A stretch of 63,292 nucleotides of DNA, counting the filler, from Chiloscyllium plagiosum (Eukaryota), in NCBI RefSeq assembly GCF_004010195.1. It is 4 parts of one record of this genome, joined end to end, with 100 filler letters (N's around TTAATTAATTAA, not from the genome) between each part and the next. Parts side by side here need not be neighbours in the genome. Positions count along the whole stretch, not along the records: positions 1 to 18,170 come from NC_057714.1; positions 18,271 to 40,922 come from NC_057714.1; 2 more parts are not named here. One strand, written 5' to 3'. The notes beneath the pieces were generated by a model that was not told where the DNA came from, made no database searches, and saw only the letters and a list, made by a program, of their open reading frames with translations. A program made the position numbers and the translations under genes. How positions within the stretch are numbered: the stretch's first letter is position 1; each line of letters opens with the position of its first letter. Below, piece after piece: positions 13,107 to 25,974 of the stretch.

Positions 13107-14864
13107 TGCTTGGGAGCCTCCTGTGAAGCGCTTCTGTGATGTTTCCTCCGGCATTTATAGTGGTTTATAGCACCCGGAGGAAACCCACACAGACACGGGG
13201 GCAATGTGCAAACTCTACACAGACAGTTGCCTGAGGAGGGAAATGAACCCAGGTCTCTGGTGCTGTGAGGCAGCAGTGCTAACCACTGTGACATCTCAAC
13301 TCCTACACTCAAAGGTCTGAGCAATGAAGGCAAGTGTGGTAAACACCTTATTACCCAATCTATAAATTTCAAAGAAATATATATCTGAATTCTTAGGTGT
13401 CTCTGTATAAGTCCACCCTTGTTTGTTTTACCAAAATGCAGCACTGATGCAATTGATCAAGATCCCTTTGTAATCTTGGATAACCTTCATTATATCACCA
13501 ATTTCGGTGTCATCCGCAAACTTATTAACCATTCCTCCAAAATTCTCATCCAAATCATTGATATAAATGACAACAAAAGTGGACCTAGTACCGATCCCTG
13601 TGAAACACCGCTGGTCACAAGCCTCTAAACTGAAAAACAACCCTCCACAATCTGTCACCTACCATAAAGGCAATTTTTTTTAATCCAACTGGCACGCTCA
13701 CCCTGATTTTGCTGAAACTCCTCGATGCTGTCTGAACTGCTGTGCTCTTCCAGCACCATTGATCCAGAATCTGGTTTCCAGCATCTGCAGTCATTGTTTT
13801 TACCTACCTGAATCCCATGTGATCTAACTTTACTAATTAGTCTACTATGCAGAGCCTTCTCAAAGGCTTTACTAAAGTCCAAATAAGCAATGTCCTCATC
13901 AATCTTTTTGGTTACTTCCTCAAAAAACTCATCAAGTTTGAGAGACACAGTTTCCCATGCATAAAACCATCTGATTATCCCCAATCATTCATTGCCTCTC
14001 CAAATGCATGTAAATCCTATCTTTCAGAATCACCTCCAAAAATCTTTTTACCACCAACGTCAGACTCACAGATCTATAGTTCCCAAGCTTCTTCTTACAG
14101 CCTTCCTTAAACAAATGTGTAACATTAGCTACCCTCCAGTCCTCCAGCAGCTCACCTGCGGTTAAAGATGATACAAATATTTCTGCTGGAAGCTCCACAA
14201 TTTCCTCTCTAAATTCCCACAATGTCCCGTGATTCATTAGATCAGGCCCAGGAGATTTATCCATCTTTATGTTTTCTAAGACCTCCAGCACTACCCCCTT
14301 TGTAATGTGAACTGTTTTCAAAACATCAATATTTATTTCCCTGAGTTCTCTAGCCACCATTTCTTTCTCTACAGTAAAAACTGATGCAAAGTATTTATTT
14401 AATTTCTCTCTGATCGCCTGAGGTTCAACAAAAAGATGATCTTATTGATCTTTAAGGGACCCTACTCTCCCTACTTGCTCTCTTGCTCTTAATGTACTTG
14501 TAGAATCTCTTTGGGTTATCCTGAACCTTACCTGCCAAGGCTATCTCATATCCCCTCATTGCCTTTCCGATTTTCCTCTTAAGAACGCCCCTGCACTCTT
14601 TATACTTTTCCAGAAATTTTCATCCCAGTTATCTACATCTAATATGATTATTTTTTATTCTGGACTGGAGCGTCTAAATCTTTATTCATCCATTGTTTCC
14701 TACGCTTACCAGCCTTACCTTTCACTCTAACAGGAACATAATGCATCTGAACTCTCGTTCTGAAAGCCTCCCAATTGTCAGTTACCCTGTGAACAGGCGA
14801 CTCCAGTCAACTTTTGAAAGTCCTTCTCTCATACCATTAAAATTTGCCTTCCTCCAATTAAGAA

Positions 14865-15194
14865 AGTTAAAAATCACACAACATCAGGTTATAGTCCAAC
14901 AGGTCTATTTGGAAGCACTAGCTTTTGGAGCACTGCTCCTTCATCAGGTGGTTGTGGAGTATAGGATCGTAAGTCCAAATCCGGCACCTCCAAATCATGA
15001 CTACCATCGACACCATTAACTACCGGCTCAAAGTGGAGAGGATCTCCAAGAACATCGCACAGGTGTCTTATGATCTTATCCTCCACAACCACCTGATGAG
15101 GGAGCAGCGCTCCGAAAGCTAGTGCTTCCAAATAAACCTGGTGTTGTGTGATTTTCAACTTTGTACACCTCAGTCCAACATCGGCTCCTCCAAA
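14865..15194. mobile_element. PLE family B insert: inverted terminal repeats around a probable ORF start (ATG at 14997, MTTIDTINYRLKVERISKNIAQ)
   Basis: 12-bp TSD tccaatt(a/g)agaa at 14853-14864 and 15195-15206; inverted arms each carry a hammerhead-like core. Confidence 0.8.
15093..15121 (+). ncRNA. Minimal type-I hammerhead-like motif, family B, intact core
   Basis: cac-CTGATGA-G-GGAGC(AGC)GCTCC-GAAA-G-CTA-gtg: stem I cac/gtg, 5-bp stem II, AGCT palindromic stem III, CUA triplet. The opposite-strand partner at 14919-14947 has G12>A. Confidence 0.72.
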
Positions 15195-16237
15195 TCCAAT
15201 TGAGAACTTTAACTTTTATGGTAGGCTTATTTTTTTCCATGAATATTTTAAAACTAATAGAATTATAATCACTGTTGCCAAAGTGTTCCCTTCAGTCACT
15301 TGCCCTGCCTTATTTCCCAAGAGAAGGTTAAATTTTGCTCCATCTCTAGTAGGAACATTTACATATTGATAAAGAAACTTTTCTTGAACACATTTAACAA
15401 ATTCCTCACCATCCAAACCTTTAACACAATGGCAGTCCGAAACAATGTGTGGAAAATTAAAATTCCCTGTATAACACAATCTGTGTCCCTCTATACCTTT
15501 CGTATTCATATATCTGTCCAGTTGCCTCTTACTTTAAGCCTAATTGACATTTTTACTCTGGGAAATAGACTCCAACAATCCATGCCTCTCAACTTTGTAA
15601 AGTTCTATCAGATCGCCCCTCACCATTGATGTTCAAGCTCCTCATAATTAATGCTCTTCAAACTAGGCAACATCCTGGTAAACCATTGCTGTATCCCTCC
15701 AAAGTTTCCATTTCCTTCTGGTAGTGTGACAATCAGAACTGTACACAATATTCCAAATGTGGCCTAAGTAAAATTCTAAACAGCTGCAACATGACTTGCC
15801 AGTTTTTATACTCTATGTCCGTCAATGAAGGCAAGTACGTCATATGCCTTCTTTATCACCTTATCCACTGATGTTGCCACTTTCAGATAACTGTGGACCT
15901 GTGCGCCTAGATCCCATTGTATGTTAATACTACAAGGGTTCTGCCATTTACTGTAAAGTTCCCTTCTGCATTAGACCTTCCAAATGCACCACCTCACAGT
16001 TATCCGGATTAGACTCCATATAATATGTTGCAAACAGCAGCGGTGCTAACACTGAATTACACAGGGTATAGAGGGATATGGATTGTGTAAAGGCAAAAGG
16101 AATTTAGCTTATAAACGCACTGTGTGTTGGAAGTGCCTGTTCCTGTGCTATACTGTTCTTTGTTCTTCATATAGACAGCCCATCCAATACATCCCATTAT
16201 CAATCTTTTGCATGTCTGAATTATCTCCTTCTCACCA

Positions 16238-16449
16238 TAGATTAGATTAGATTAGATTAGATTAGATTAGATTAGATTAGATTAGATTAGATTAGATTAG
16301 ATTAGATTAGATTAGATTAGATTAGATTAGATTAGATTAGATTAGATTAGATTAGATTAGATTAGATTAGATTAGATTAGATTAGATTAGAACCCGGGTC
16401 TCTGGCACTGTGAGGCAGCAGTGCTAACCACTGTGCCACCATGCCGCCC
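16238..16449 (-). repeat. (ATTAG)n microsatellite of about 30 units (16238-16391) joined directly to an HE1-like SINE head (16391-16449)
   Basis: Perfect pentamer array equal to the SINE (TCTAA)n tail motif; the SINE body is absent. Confidence 0.9.
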
Positions 16450-16974
16450 ACTTTTTTTTTGTGTGAAATAAGTGAGAGGCTGGGCAGCATCTTCTTCATT
16501 GTTAAGGACACTAGCAAAGTGTACATTTAATACCTCAGCCTCGTCCTCTTCTCCCCTCTGCTTATATCTGTATTAATGAGATTACTGAGACCAGTACTAA
16601 ATCCAAGATTTAATTAATTTACATTCCACCAGTTGCTGTGGTGGGATATGAACCCTTGTTTCTAAAGCATCAGTCTGGGCATCTGGATTAATAATCCAGT
16701 GTCATTAACATGACACATTAACTTGGTGTTGTGTGACTTTTGACTCTTTTCATCATGGGTGCGAAAATGCAAATTCTCAGCCAGCAGTAAGTGAAGAAGA
16801 TGAGTCAATATACAGTAACAAGAGGAAGGTCAGGGTCACATAAGAAGAAATACACCAATACAGATGGGAAGGACCGAGTGTTCCTTTGCTTGAAGATAGT
16901 TTCATTTCACCATTACCCCAATTACAATTACTACACAACTTACTGCATAGAGGCAGTCTCATGGTGCTATAACA

Positions 16975-19262
16975 ATCTAAAACAGTAATGCTGTCTCAAA
17001 GTGCTCGAACAAACTAGAACAGAAAAGCTGTCTCAAAGTGCTCTAACAAACTAGAACAGTAATGCTGTCTCAAAGTGCTCTAACAAACCAGAACAGAAAC
17101 GCTGTCTCAAGGTGCTCGAACAAACAAGAACAGTAATGCTGTCTCAAAGTGCTCTAACAAACCAGAACAGAAACGCTGTCTCTATGTGCACTAACAAACT
17201 AGAACAGTAATGCTGTCTCAAAGTGCTCGAACAAACTAGAACAGAAACGCTGTCTCAAAGTGATCGAACAAACTAGAACAGTAATGCTGTCCCAAAGTGC
17301 TCGAACAAACTAGAACAGAAATGCTGTCTCAAAGTGCTCGAACAAACCAGAACAGAAACGCTGTCTTAAAGTGCTCGAACAAACCAGAACAGAAACGCTG
17401 TCTCAAGGTGCTCTAACAAACCAGAACAGAAGCGCTGTCTCAAAGTGCTCGAACAAACCAGAACAGAAACGCTGTCTCAAAGTGCTTGAACAAACTAGAA
17501 CAGTAATGCTGTCTCAAAGTGCTCGAACAAACGAGAACAGAAACGCTGTATCAAAGTGCTCGAACAAACCAGAACAGAAACGCTGTCTCAAAGTGCTTGA
17601 ACAAACTAGAACAGTAATGCTGTCTCAAAGTGCTCGAACAATCGAGAACAGAAACGCTGTATCAAAGTGCTCGAACAAACTAGAACAGTAATGCTGTCTC
17701 AAAGTGCTCGAACACACTAGAACAGTAATGCTGTCTCAAAGTGCGCGAACAAACAAGAACAGAAACGCTGTCTCAAAGTGCTTGAACAAACGAGAACAGT
17801 AATGCTGTCTCAAAATGCTCCAACAAACTAGAACAGAAACGCTGTCTCAATGTGCTCTAACAAACTAGAACAGTAATGCTATCTCAATGTGTAACAAGCG
17901 AGAACAGTAATGCTGCCTCAATGTGTAACAAGCGAGAACAGTAATGCTGTCTGAATGTGTAACAAGCGAGAACAGTAATGCTGTCTCAATGTGTAACAAA
18001 CTAGAACACTAATGCTCTCTCAGTGTGTAACAAACTAGAGCAATAATGCTATCGCAATGTATAACATACTAGAGCAGAAGTGCTGTCTCAATGTGTAACA
18101 AGCGAGAACAGTAATACTGCCTCAATGTGTAACAAGCGAGAACAGTAATGCTGTCACAATGTGTAACAAGNNNNNNNNNNNNNNNNNNNNNNNNNNNNNN
18201 NNNNNNNNNNNNNNTTAATTAATTAANNNNNNNNNNNNNNNNNNNNNNNNNNNNNNNNNNNNNNNNNNNNTCTCAATGTGTAACAAGCGAGAACAGTAAT
18301 GTTGTCTCAATGTGTAACAAGCGAGAACAGTAATGCTGTCTCAATCTATAACAAACTAGAGCAGTAATGTTGTCTCAATGTGTAACAAGCGAGAACAGTA
18401 ATGTTGTCTCAATGTGTAACAAGCGAGAACAGTAATGTTGTCTCAATGTGTAACAAGCGAGAACAGTAATGTTGTCTCAATGTGTAACAAGCGAGAACAG
18501 TAATGTTGTCTCAATGTGTAACAAGCGAGAACAGTAATGTTGTCTCAATGTGTAACAAGCGAGAACAGTAATGTTGTCTCAATGTGTAACAAGCGAGAAC
18601 AGTAATGTTGTCTCAATGTGTAACAAGCGAGAACAGTAATGTTGTCTCAATGTGTAACAAGCGAGAACAGTAATGTTGTCTCAATCTATAACAAACTAGA
18701 GCAGTAATGTTGTCTCAATGTGTAACAAGCGAGAACAGTAATGCTGTCTCAATCTATAACAAACTAGAGCAGTAATGTTGTCTCAATGTGTAACAAGCGA
18801 GAACAGTAATGTTGTCTCAATGTGTAACAAGCGAGAACAGTAATGCTGTCACAATGTGTAACAAGCTAGAGCAATAATGCTGTCTCAATGTGTAACAAGT
18901 GAGAACAGTAATACTGCCTCAATGGGTAACAAGCCAGAACAGTAATACTGCCTCAATGTGTAACAAGCGAGAACAGTAATGCTGTCTCAATCTATAACAA
19001 ACTAGAGCAGTAATGTTGTCTCAATGTGTAACAAGCGAGAACAGTAATGCTGTCTCAATGTGTAACAAGCTGGAACAGTAATGCTTCTCAATGTGTAACA
19101 AGCTGGAACAGTAATGCTGTCTGAATGTGTAGCAAGCTGGAACAGTAATGCTGTCTAAATGTGTAACAAGCTAGAGCAGTCATGCTGTCTCAGTGTATCA
19201 TAAACTAGAGTAGTCACGTTGTCTCAATGTATAACAAGCTAGAACAGTAATGCTGTCTCAAT
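16975..19262. repeat. Minisatellite: 37-bp units (aacagtaatgctgtctcaaagtgctcgaacaaactag) switching near 17870 to 34-bp units (aacagtaatgytgtctcaatgtgtaacaagcgag)
   Basis: Periods counted directly; spans the artificial gap 18171-18270. Confidence 0.95.
18171..18270. other. Artificial scaffold spacer: 44 N + TTAATTAATTAA + 44 N (also 40923-41022 and 59498-59597)
   Basis: Identical 100-nt structure three times; the 12-mer puts stops in all six frames. Confidence 0.95.
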
Positions 19263-20282
19263 GGAATTCCACAATTGGAGGACTGTGTCAAAAAAAATAG
19301 GGCAAGCAACTTAGAAATGCAAGTTGGACTTGCTGTGAGGCTACTGGCAAGTAACTCTGTCGGACAAGGCAAAGGCAATTTCAGCTTTCTTGACGCCAAA
19401 TCGACTGTATCAGTTCAAGGTCATGTCATTTGGTACGAGAAATGCTCCAGCCAAATTTCAGAGACTGGAGTCAAGAGTGCTGGAAAAGCACAGCAGGTCA
19501 GGAAGCATCCTCGGAGCAGGAAAATTGACGTTTTGGGCAAAAGTCTTGGCGGTGCAGAGATAAATGGGAGGGAGTGGGGCAGGGTGGGGAAGGTAGGTAG
19601 AGTGCAATAGGTGGATCGAGGTGGGGGCAAAGGTAATAGGTTGGAGGGGAGGGTGGAGCAGATAGATGGGAAGGAAGATGGACAGGTGGGATCGGTCACG
19701 GACAATGACTAATAAGATCATTGCTAATTACCGAACTGTGTAGTGTACATTGATGACCTGGTGATTTTTAGTCACTTATCAAAGGAAAATTTATAACATT
19801 TATTGGATTTGTTCTATCGACTTTGGAAGGCAGGCTTGGTGGTAAACCTAGCTAAAAGTGAATTTTCCAAAGCCCAAGTCACCTTCCTGGGCCATATTAT
19901 TGGACATGGACAAATAGCCCCACAGGATGTGAAAACAAAATTAATTGGGAATTTCACACACTGTCGACAAAAGAAGCAGTATTGTGGTTCCTGGGGTTGA
20001 GTGGATTTTATCCTAAGTTTGTGCCGAACGTCAGCAGTGTGGCTGCTCCACTCACTGAATTGTTAGAAAAAGGGCAAGAAGGTTCAGGGGACATTGGACT
20101 GTCAAAAGGCATTTGACAGCCTAAAACTTGTGTTAACCACTGCCCCAGTATTAGCCACACAGGATTACATGAAGCCTTTCAAGGTGGTTATTGATGCCAG
20201 TGATGTGGGTGTCGGTGCGGTGCTCCTGCAAGAGGGTGGCGAGGGGATAGAAAGACCCATCAGGTATTTTTCCAGGAAGTTA
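19263..20282 (+). mobile_element. Gypsy/Ty3 LTR-retrotransposon pol fragment (RT-RNase H), interrupted by a PLE piece at about 19467-19703
   Basis: GYWQV, VMSFGTRNAPAKFQRL, VYIDDLVIFS, VTFLGHIIG, DASDVGVGAVLLQ and IRYFSRKL motifs across frameshifts. Confidence 0.88.
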
Positions 20283-20880
20283 CCAGCAATGCACCTGAGA
20301 CAATCTTGGGGATTGCCTAGAGTTCCTTGAGGAGATGTCAGATAGGGGAAGCCCTAAATGAGTTTTTCACCAAGGAAAGGGAAGTTGTTGTAACTGGAAA
20401 CTTTGAGGAGCTGGGATACAGTCTTGACCAGATCAAGATTGATGAAGTTGATGTGCTGGAAATTTTGGAAAACATTAAGATTGATAAGTCTCCAGGGTCA
20501 GACCACGTTTATCCAATGCTGCTCCGGGAAGCGAGAAAGGAGGTTGCTGAGCTGCTGGCGAGGATATTTGCCTCCTCACTATCCACAGGAGTCATACCGG
20601 ATGATTAGAAGGAGGCAAATGTTGTTCCTCTTTTCAAGAAGGGCAATAGGGAAATCCCTGGCAATTACAGACCAGTCAGTCTCACGTCTGTGGTCAGCAA
20701 AGTTTTGGAAAGAATTCTGAGGGATAGGATTTATGACTATTTGGCAAAGCATAGTGTGATTAAAGGCAGTCAGCATGGCTTTGTGAGGGGCAGGTCATGC
20801 CTCACAAGTCTTATTGAGTTCTTTGAGGAGGTGTCAAGACAGGTCAACGAAGGTCGAGTAGTGGATGTGGTGTATATGGA

Positions 20881-20977
20881 GCTGGAAATGTGTTGCTGGA
20901 AAAGCGCAGCAGGTCAGGCAGCATCCAGGGAACAGGAGAATCGACGTTTCGGGCATAAGCCCTTCTTCAGGAAAGAA
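20881..20977 (-). mobile_element. 97-bp PLE terminal-repeat insert (family A) with 12-bp TSD
   Basis: ggtgtatatgga at 20869-20880 and 20978-20989; contains an intact hammerhead-like core. Confidence 0.88.
20943..20970 (-). ncRNA. Minimal type-I hammerhead-like motif, family A, intact core
   Basis: Minus strand tc-CTGAAGA-A-GGGC(TTAT)GCCC-GAAA-C-GTC-ga; stem I is only 2 bp. Confidence 0.65.
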
Positions 20978-22637
20978 GGTGTATATGGACTTCAGCAAGG
21001 CATTTGATAACGTTCTCCATGGTAGGATTATTCATAAAGTCAGGAAGTTTGGGATACAAGAAGATTTGGCTATCTGGATTCAGAATTGGTTGGATGACAG
21101 AAGGCAGAAAGTGGTTGTAGATGGAAAGTATTCTGCCTGGAGGTCAGTGTTGAGTGGGGTCCCACAGGGCTCTGTTCTTGGGCCTCTGCTCTTTGTAGTT
21201 TTTATAAATGACTTGGATGAGGAGGTTGAGGGGTGAGTTAGTAAATTTGCCGATGAAATAAAGGTTGGAGGTGTTGTCGATAGTATTGAGGGCTACTGCA
21301 GGCTGCAGCGCGACATAGACAGGATGCAGAGCTGGGCTGAGAAATGGCAGATGGAGTTCAACCTGGATAAATGCGAAGTGATGCATTTCGGAAGGCTGAA
21401 CTTGAATGCTGACTATAGGATTAAAGACAGGATTCTTGGCAGTGTGGAGGAACAGAGGGGTCTGGGTGTTCAAATGCATACATCCTTCAAAGGTGCCACC
21501 CAGGTGGATAGGTTTGTTCAGAAAGCATATGGTGTTTTGGCTTTCATTAACAGGGGGAGCGAGTTTAAGAGCTGCAAGGTTTTGCTACAGCTCTACAAGT
21601 CCCTGGTGAGACCGCAGTTGGAATATTGTGTCCAGTTCAGGTTGCCCTACTATAGGAAAGATACAAAGGCTTTGGAGAGGGTGTAAAGAAGGTTTACCAG
21701 TATGCTGCCTGGACTGCCTTATGAAGAGAGGTTGATGGGTATGGAATGAGCTGCCAGAGGAAGTGGTGGAGGCTGGTACAATTGCAACATTTAAGAGGCA
21801 TTTGGATGGGTATACGAATAGGAAGGGTTTGGAGGGATATGGGCCGGGTGCTGGCAGGTGGGACTAGATTGGGTTGGGATATCTGGTCGGCATGGACGGG
21901 TTGGACTGAAGGTTCTGTTTCCATGCTGTACATCTCTATGACTTTGTGACTAAGCTCAGACATTTCTGTCTGGAGAGGAGGAGGAAGAGAGGTGACCTGA
22001 TCGAGGTATACAAGGTAATGAGAGGCATGGATAGAGTCAATAGCCAGAGACCTTTTCCCCAGGGCAGGATTGACTGGCACAAGGGGTCATAATTTTAAGG
22101 TATTTGGAGGAAGGTATAGAGGAGACATCAGAGGTAGGTTCTTTTCACAGAGAGTTGTGAATGCATGGAATGTATTGCCAGCGGTGGTGGACGCAGAGTC
22201 ATTAGGGACATTTAAGCAACTGCTGGACATGCACATGGATAGCAGTGAATTGAGGAGTGCATAGGTTAGGTTATTTTATTTTACATTAGGATTAATCCTT
22301 GGGCCGAAGGGGCTGTTCTGTGCTGTACGTTTCTATGTTCTATGTAATGCTTTGATCAAGAGACACCTTGCAGTATACATCACTGATTGGTATTTATGAA
22401 CATGAAATTAGTAAGAGGAGTAGGCCATTTGGCCCCTCGAAACTGCTCTGCCATTCAATAAAATTATGGCTAATGTAATTTTCTGCACACTCCTGCTCAT
22501 CCCAAATTAAAATCGTGCTTCACAAGAAACGTGTCTGGCTGTGCCTTAAAAATTCAAGGATTTCACTTCCACTCATATTTGAGGAAGTTCTAAAGACTCT
22601 CAACCCTCAGATGAGGAGAATGTTTTCCTCAGTGTTA

Positions 22638-22893
22638 AGATTTAGATTTAGATTACTTACAGTGTGGAAACATGCCCTTCGGCCCAACAAGTCCACACCG
22701 CCCCGCCGAAGCGCAACCCACCCATACTCCTACATCTACCCCTTACCTAACACTACGGGCAATTTAGCATGGCCAATTCACCTGACCTGCACATCTTTGG
22801 ACCGTGGGAGGAAACCGGAGCACCCGGAGGAAACCCACGCAGACACGGGGAGAATGTGCAAACTCCACACAGTCAGTCACCTGAGGCGGGAAT
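22638..22893 (-). mobile_element. HE1-like V-SINE, 5'-truncated
   Basis: V domain and tail match the other copies. Confidence 0.85.
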
Positions 22894-23244
22894 GTGTGGC
22901 CCCTTATTTTTAAAGTGATTCCTTGTTCTAGGTTCTCTCTCAAGAGGAAACAGTCTTTCCAGAGTCTCTGTTTGTTTGTGAGTGAGGTTGTGGAGTGCGG
23001 TTGTCTGCGTGTAAGAGAGAGAGAGAGAGAAAGAGAGAGAGAGCGAGAGCGAGCGAGAAGTTAAGGATGTAAAAACATTAAGAACCAAGAGCAGGAAGTG
23101 GCAATTCACCTCCTCGAGCCTGCTGTGCCATTTAATATGATCATGGCTGGGTTCATCTCTGACTCAACTCCTCTTTCCTGCCCTTCCTCCCTAACCCCTC
23201 CACCAATTACTTATTAAACATTTGTCCATTTCTTCTTTAAACTA

Positions 23245-25210
23245 AAAAAAAGAACTGCAGATGTCAGAAATCAGAAAAAAAATTACAGAAACTGTTGGAA
23301 AAACTAATTAGATCTGGCGGAATCAGAAAACACAATTAACGTTTTGGGTTTAGAACTGATGGTAGCTAGGAAAAGGATGGTAATTATGCAGAAATTGGGG
23401 TGGGAGAGAAGAGAGGAAGAGTAAGAGGAAACAATGGTGGAGACAGAGTCCAAATAGAGAGAAAAACAGCTGGACAAAGGAGTGGGTAAAGGTCAGCCTG
23501 GAGGAACAATTCGCTGCTTATGGGTTGTGTGTAGTAGCAGCCTGCATGGTGACAAGGCCTGGTGTGTAGGGGTGGGGGAAAGACTTGGAAAAGATGCTGA
23601 AGCCCTAAAGTTGTTGAACTCAATATTGAGTCCAGAAGGCTGCGGAGTTCTCAAATGGAAAATTAAGTGCTATTCTTCCAGCTTGTGCTGGGCATTGCTG
23701 GAGCACCGTCACAAGCCTGAGACAGAGATGCAGACAGAATGAGGGGAAGTGGACCAGGGTGTCCCTGCAGAAGGCTGACAAGAGAGGGGAGAGGAATGTG
23801 TGTTTGGCTGTGGCATTCCATTAGAGGAGGCAGAAATGGAATCCTTTGGAGGCAGATGCTGGTGAAATAATAGGTGAGGACAAGGGGGATCCTATTGCTA
23901 TTGTAGGAGGGAAGGGGGGGGGTGAGGGCTGAAGTACAGAAGATGGGTCGGACCCGGCTGAGTGCCCTGTCAATTGCAATGCTGGGGAATCCTTGGTTGG
24001 GGAGGAAGGTGGACGTTTTGGAGGCCCCCTTGTCGAAGATGGCATCATTAAAACAGATGAAAGGGAGATGGAGGAACTGGAAGAATGGAATAGTTATGGG
24101 AAGCAGGGTGTGAGGATGTATAGCCAAGATAATGGCGGGGGTCGGTGGGTTTGTACTGGATATTGGTGGCCAATCTATCCACAGAAATGGAAAGAGAGAT
24201 GTCGAGGAAGGGAAGGGAGGAGTCAGAAATGGACCAAGTGAGGGTGAGAGTAGATGAAATTAGAAGCAAAACAGATAAACTTTTCAAATTTTGGACGAGA
24301 GAGAGAAGCAGCACTGATGATATCATCGATATACTGGAGAAAGAGTTGTGGGTGGGGACCAGAGTAGGAATGGAACAAAAAATGTTCCATGTGTCCCACA
24401 AAGAGACAGACATGACTGGGGCCCATATGGGTACCCATAGCAACACTTTAAACAACTCCTGTCATTTCCTTCAGGTCAGAGTGAGGATGAGCTTGGCTAA
24501 GTGGAGGACGGGGATGGAGGATGGGGACAGTTCAGGCTTTTTTTCCAGGGAGAAACAGAGAAATCTGAGACCATCCTGGTGGGTGATGGATGTGTATAGG
24601 GATTGCAAGTTCATGGTAAAGAGGAGGTGGCTGGAGCCCATGAACTGGAGCACAGAGTGCTCAATATGACATTGGCTACCTCAATGTCTCTGCTCCCCTC
24701 ACCCATTCCAACCTGTTTCCTTCTGAATTGACTACACTCAGTACTCTCAGATCCAACCCTGACTTGGTAATTAAGCCTGCTGATAAGGGTGGTGCTATTG
24801 TTGTCTGGTGTACTGACCTCTATGTCGCAAAGGGTGATCGCAAGCTCTCAAATACCTCCTCCTACTCCCCCCGGATCATGATCTCACCACTGAACATCAG
24901 GCTATCGTGTCTGTGATGGTCACTAATCTCATTTCATTTGCGGTGATCTCTCCTCCACTGCCTCTAAGCTCACAGCCTCCTGAGCCTGCAGAGCCCACTT
25001 CTACCTCCTTCACAAAACTCACAAACAGGACTGATCAGACACACCCATTGCTTCTGCCTGCTCCTGCCCCACAGGAACCATCTCTTCCTAACCTAACTCT
25101 GCTTTCTCTCTCATTGTCCAGTCCCTTCCCCACTTACATCTGTGATTCCTCGAATGCTTTATCTCAGTTTCAGAATTACCAGTTCCCAGGCTCTAGCCAC
25201 TTCCTCTGAC
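23245..25210. mobile_element. Penelope-like (probably Neptune-type) element: RT on minus (to about 24650) with an inverted upstream RT part on plus (about 24660-25210)
   Basis: GTHMGPS..CLFVG, LFLQYIDDI and QYKPTD on minus; VIKPADKGGAIVVW (PLE DKG motif) on plus. Confidence 0.82.
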
Positions 25211-25974
25211 ATGGTTTGAGAATTGATTAGCAGACAGGAAACAGAGATTATGAATAAATTATTTCTGTTTGAGTGGATCATAGTTATTAATAGGGTACTT
25301 CAGGATTCAGTGCTTAGGTGTGAGCTATACACAATAGTGATTTGGATGAGAGTTCAAATATAATATATTCCAAATTGCTGATGGCATAAAACTGGGAGGA
25401 ATTGTGAACAGTGAGAAGGAAATAAAGAAGCTCAGGCAAATTAGGCAAGTTGACTGAGTGGAGAAATGCACACCGTTTGCCATATAACATGGATATCTGG
25501 TAATGTTGATGTACATACCCCGTATGCAAGTCACTGAAAGCAAGCATTCAGATGGAGCAAGCAACTAGGAAGGCAAATGGTAAACTTGCCTTGATTACTA
25601 CAGCAAGACATACTGTAATCAAACCCACTTGCAGAGTTTTGGTTTCCTCACTGAAGGAAAGATAGACATGCTGTGGAGGGAGTACAATGAAGGCTCTGCA
25701 GTCTGATTCCCGGAATGGCATCATTCGACATCTACATTAGCTGGTCGGCATTCTCATCCGATTCTGCCACAAATCTAGCCATAGCTCATGTTGCTGAGAC
25801 CCCGATAAGATTCCATCATTTGCCTCAGAAGGCAGTGGAGACAGTATAATAGAGTATTGATATGTAAGAGGTGGATAGATTCTGAAGAAGAGAAACTTTG
25901 TTTTTCCCTCTTCGCAGATGCTTCCAAAGTCGAACTTCTCCAGCACTCTTTGTTTTTATATCAGATCTCCAAAA

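Larger units (their letters stand above)
12557..16020 (-). mobile_element. Antisense CR1 fragments with nested PLE pieces (12998-13166, about 13705-13806, 14865-15194) and a SINE fragment (13171-13291)
   Basis: Minus-strand ORFs with YINDLD..KFADDTEIG, YLDFSKAF, DKSPGPD and GNFNFPHI motifs. Confidence 0.8.
20295..22345 (+). mobile_element. CR1 ORF2 and 3' end with a nested PLE insert (20881-20977) and a second CR1 tail (about 21738-21945)
   Basis: [39 protein letters not shown] motifs. Confidence 0.9.

Noticed and set aside
16238..16391. Interstitial telomeric repeat
   Set aside because: The unit is TTAGA, not vertebrate TTAGGG, and matches the SINE tail.
18215..18226. Recurrent TTAATTAATTAA motif (also 40967-40978, 59542-59553) as a piggyBac site or biological signal
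   Set aside because: Always centred in 44+44 N; it is a synthetic six-frame-stop spacer.
16975..19262. CRISPR-like array (34-37 bp repeats)
   Set aside because: Units are head to tail with no unique spacers, there are no cas genes, and the context is vertebrate.
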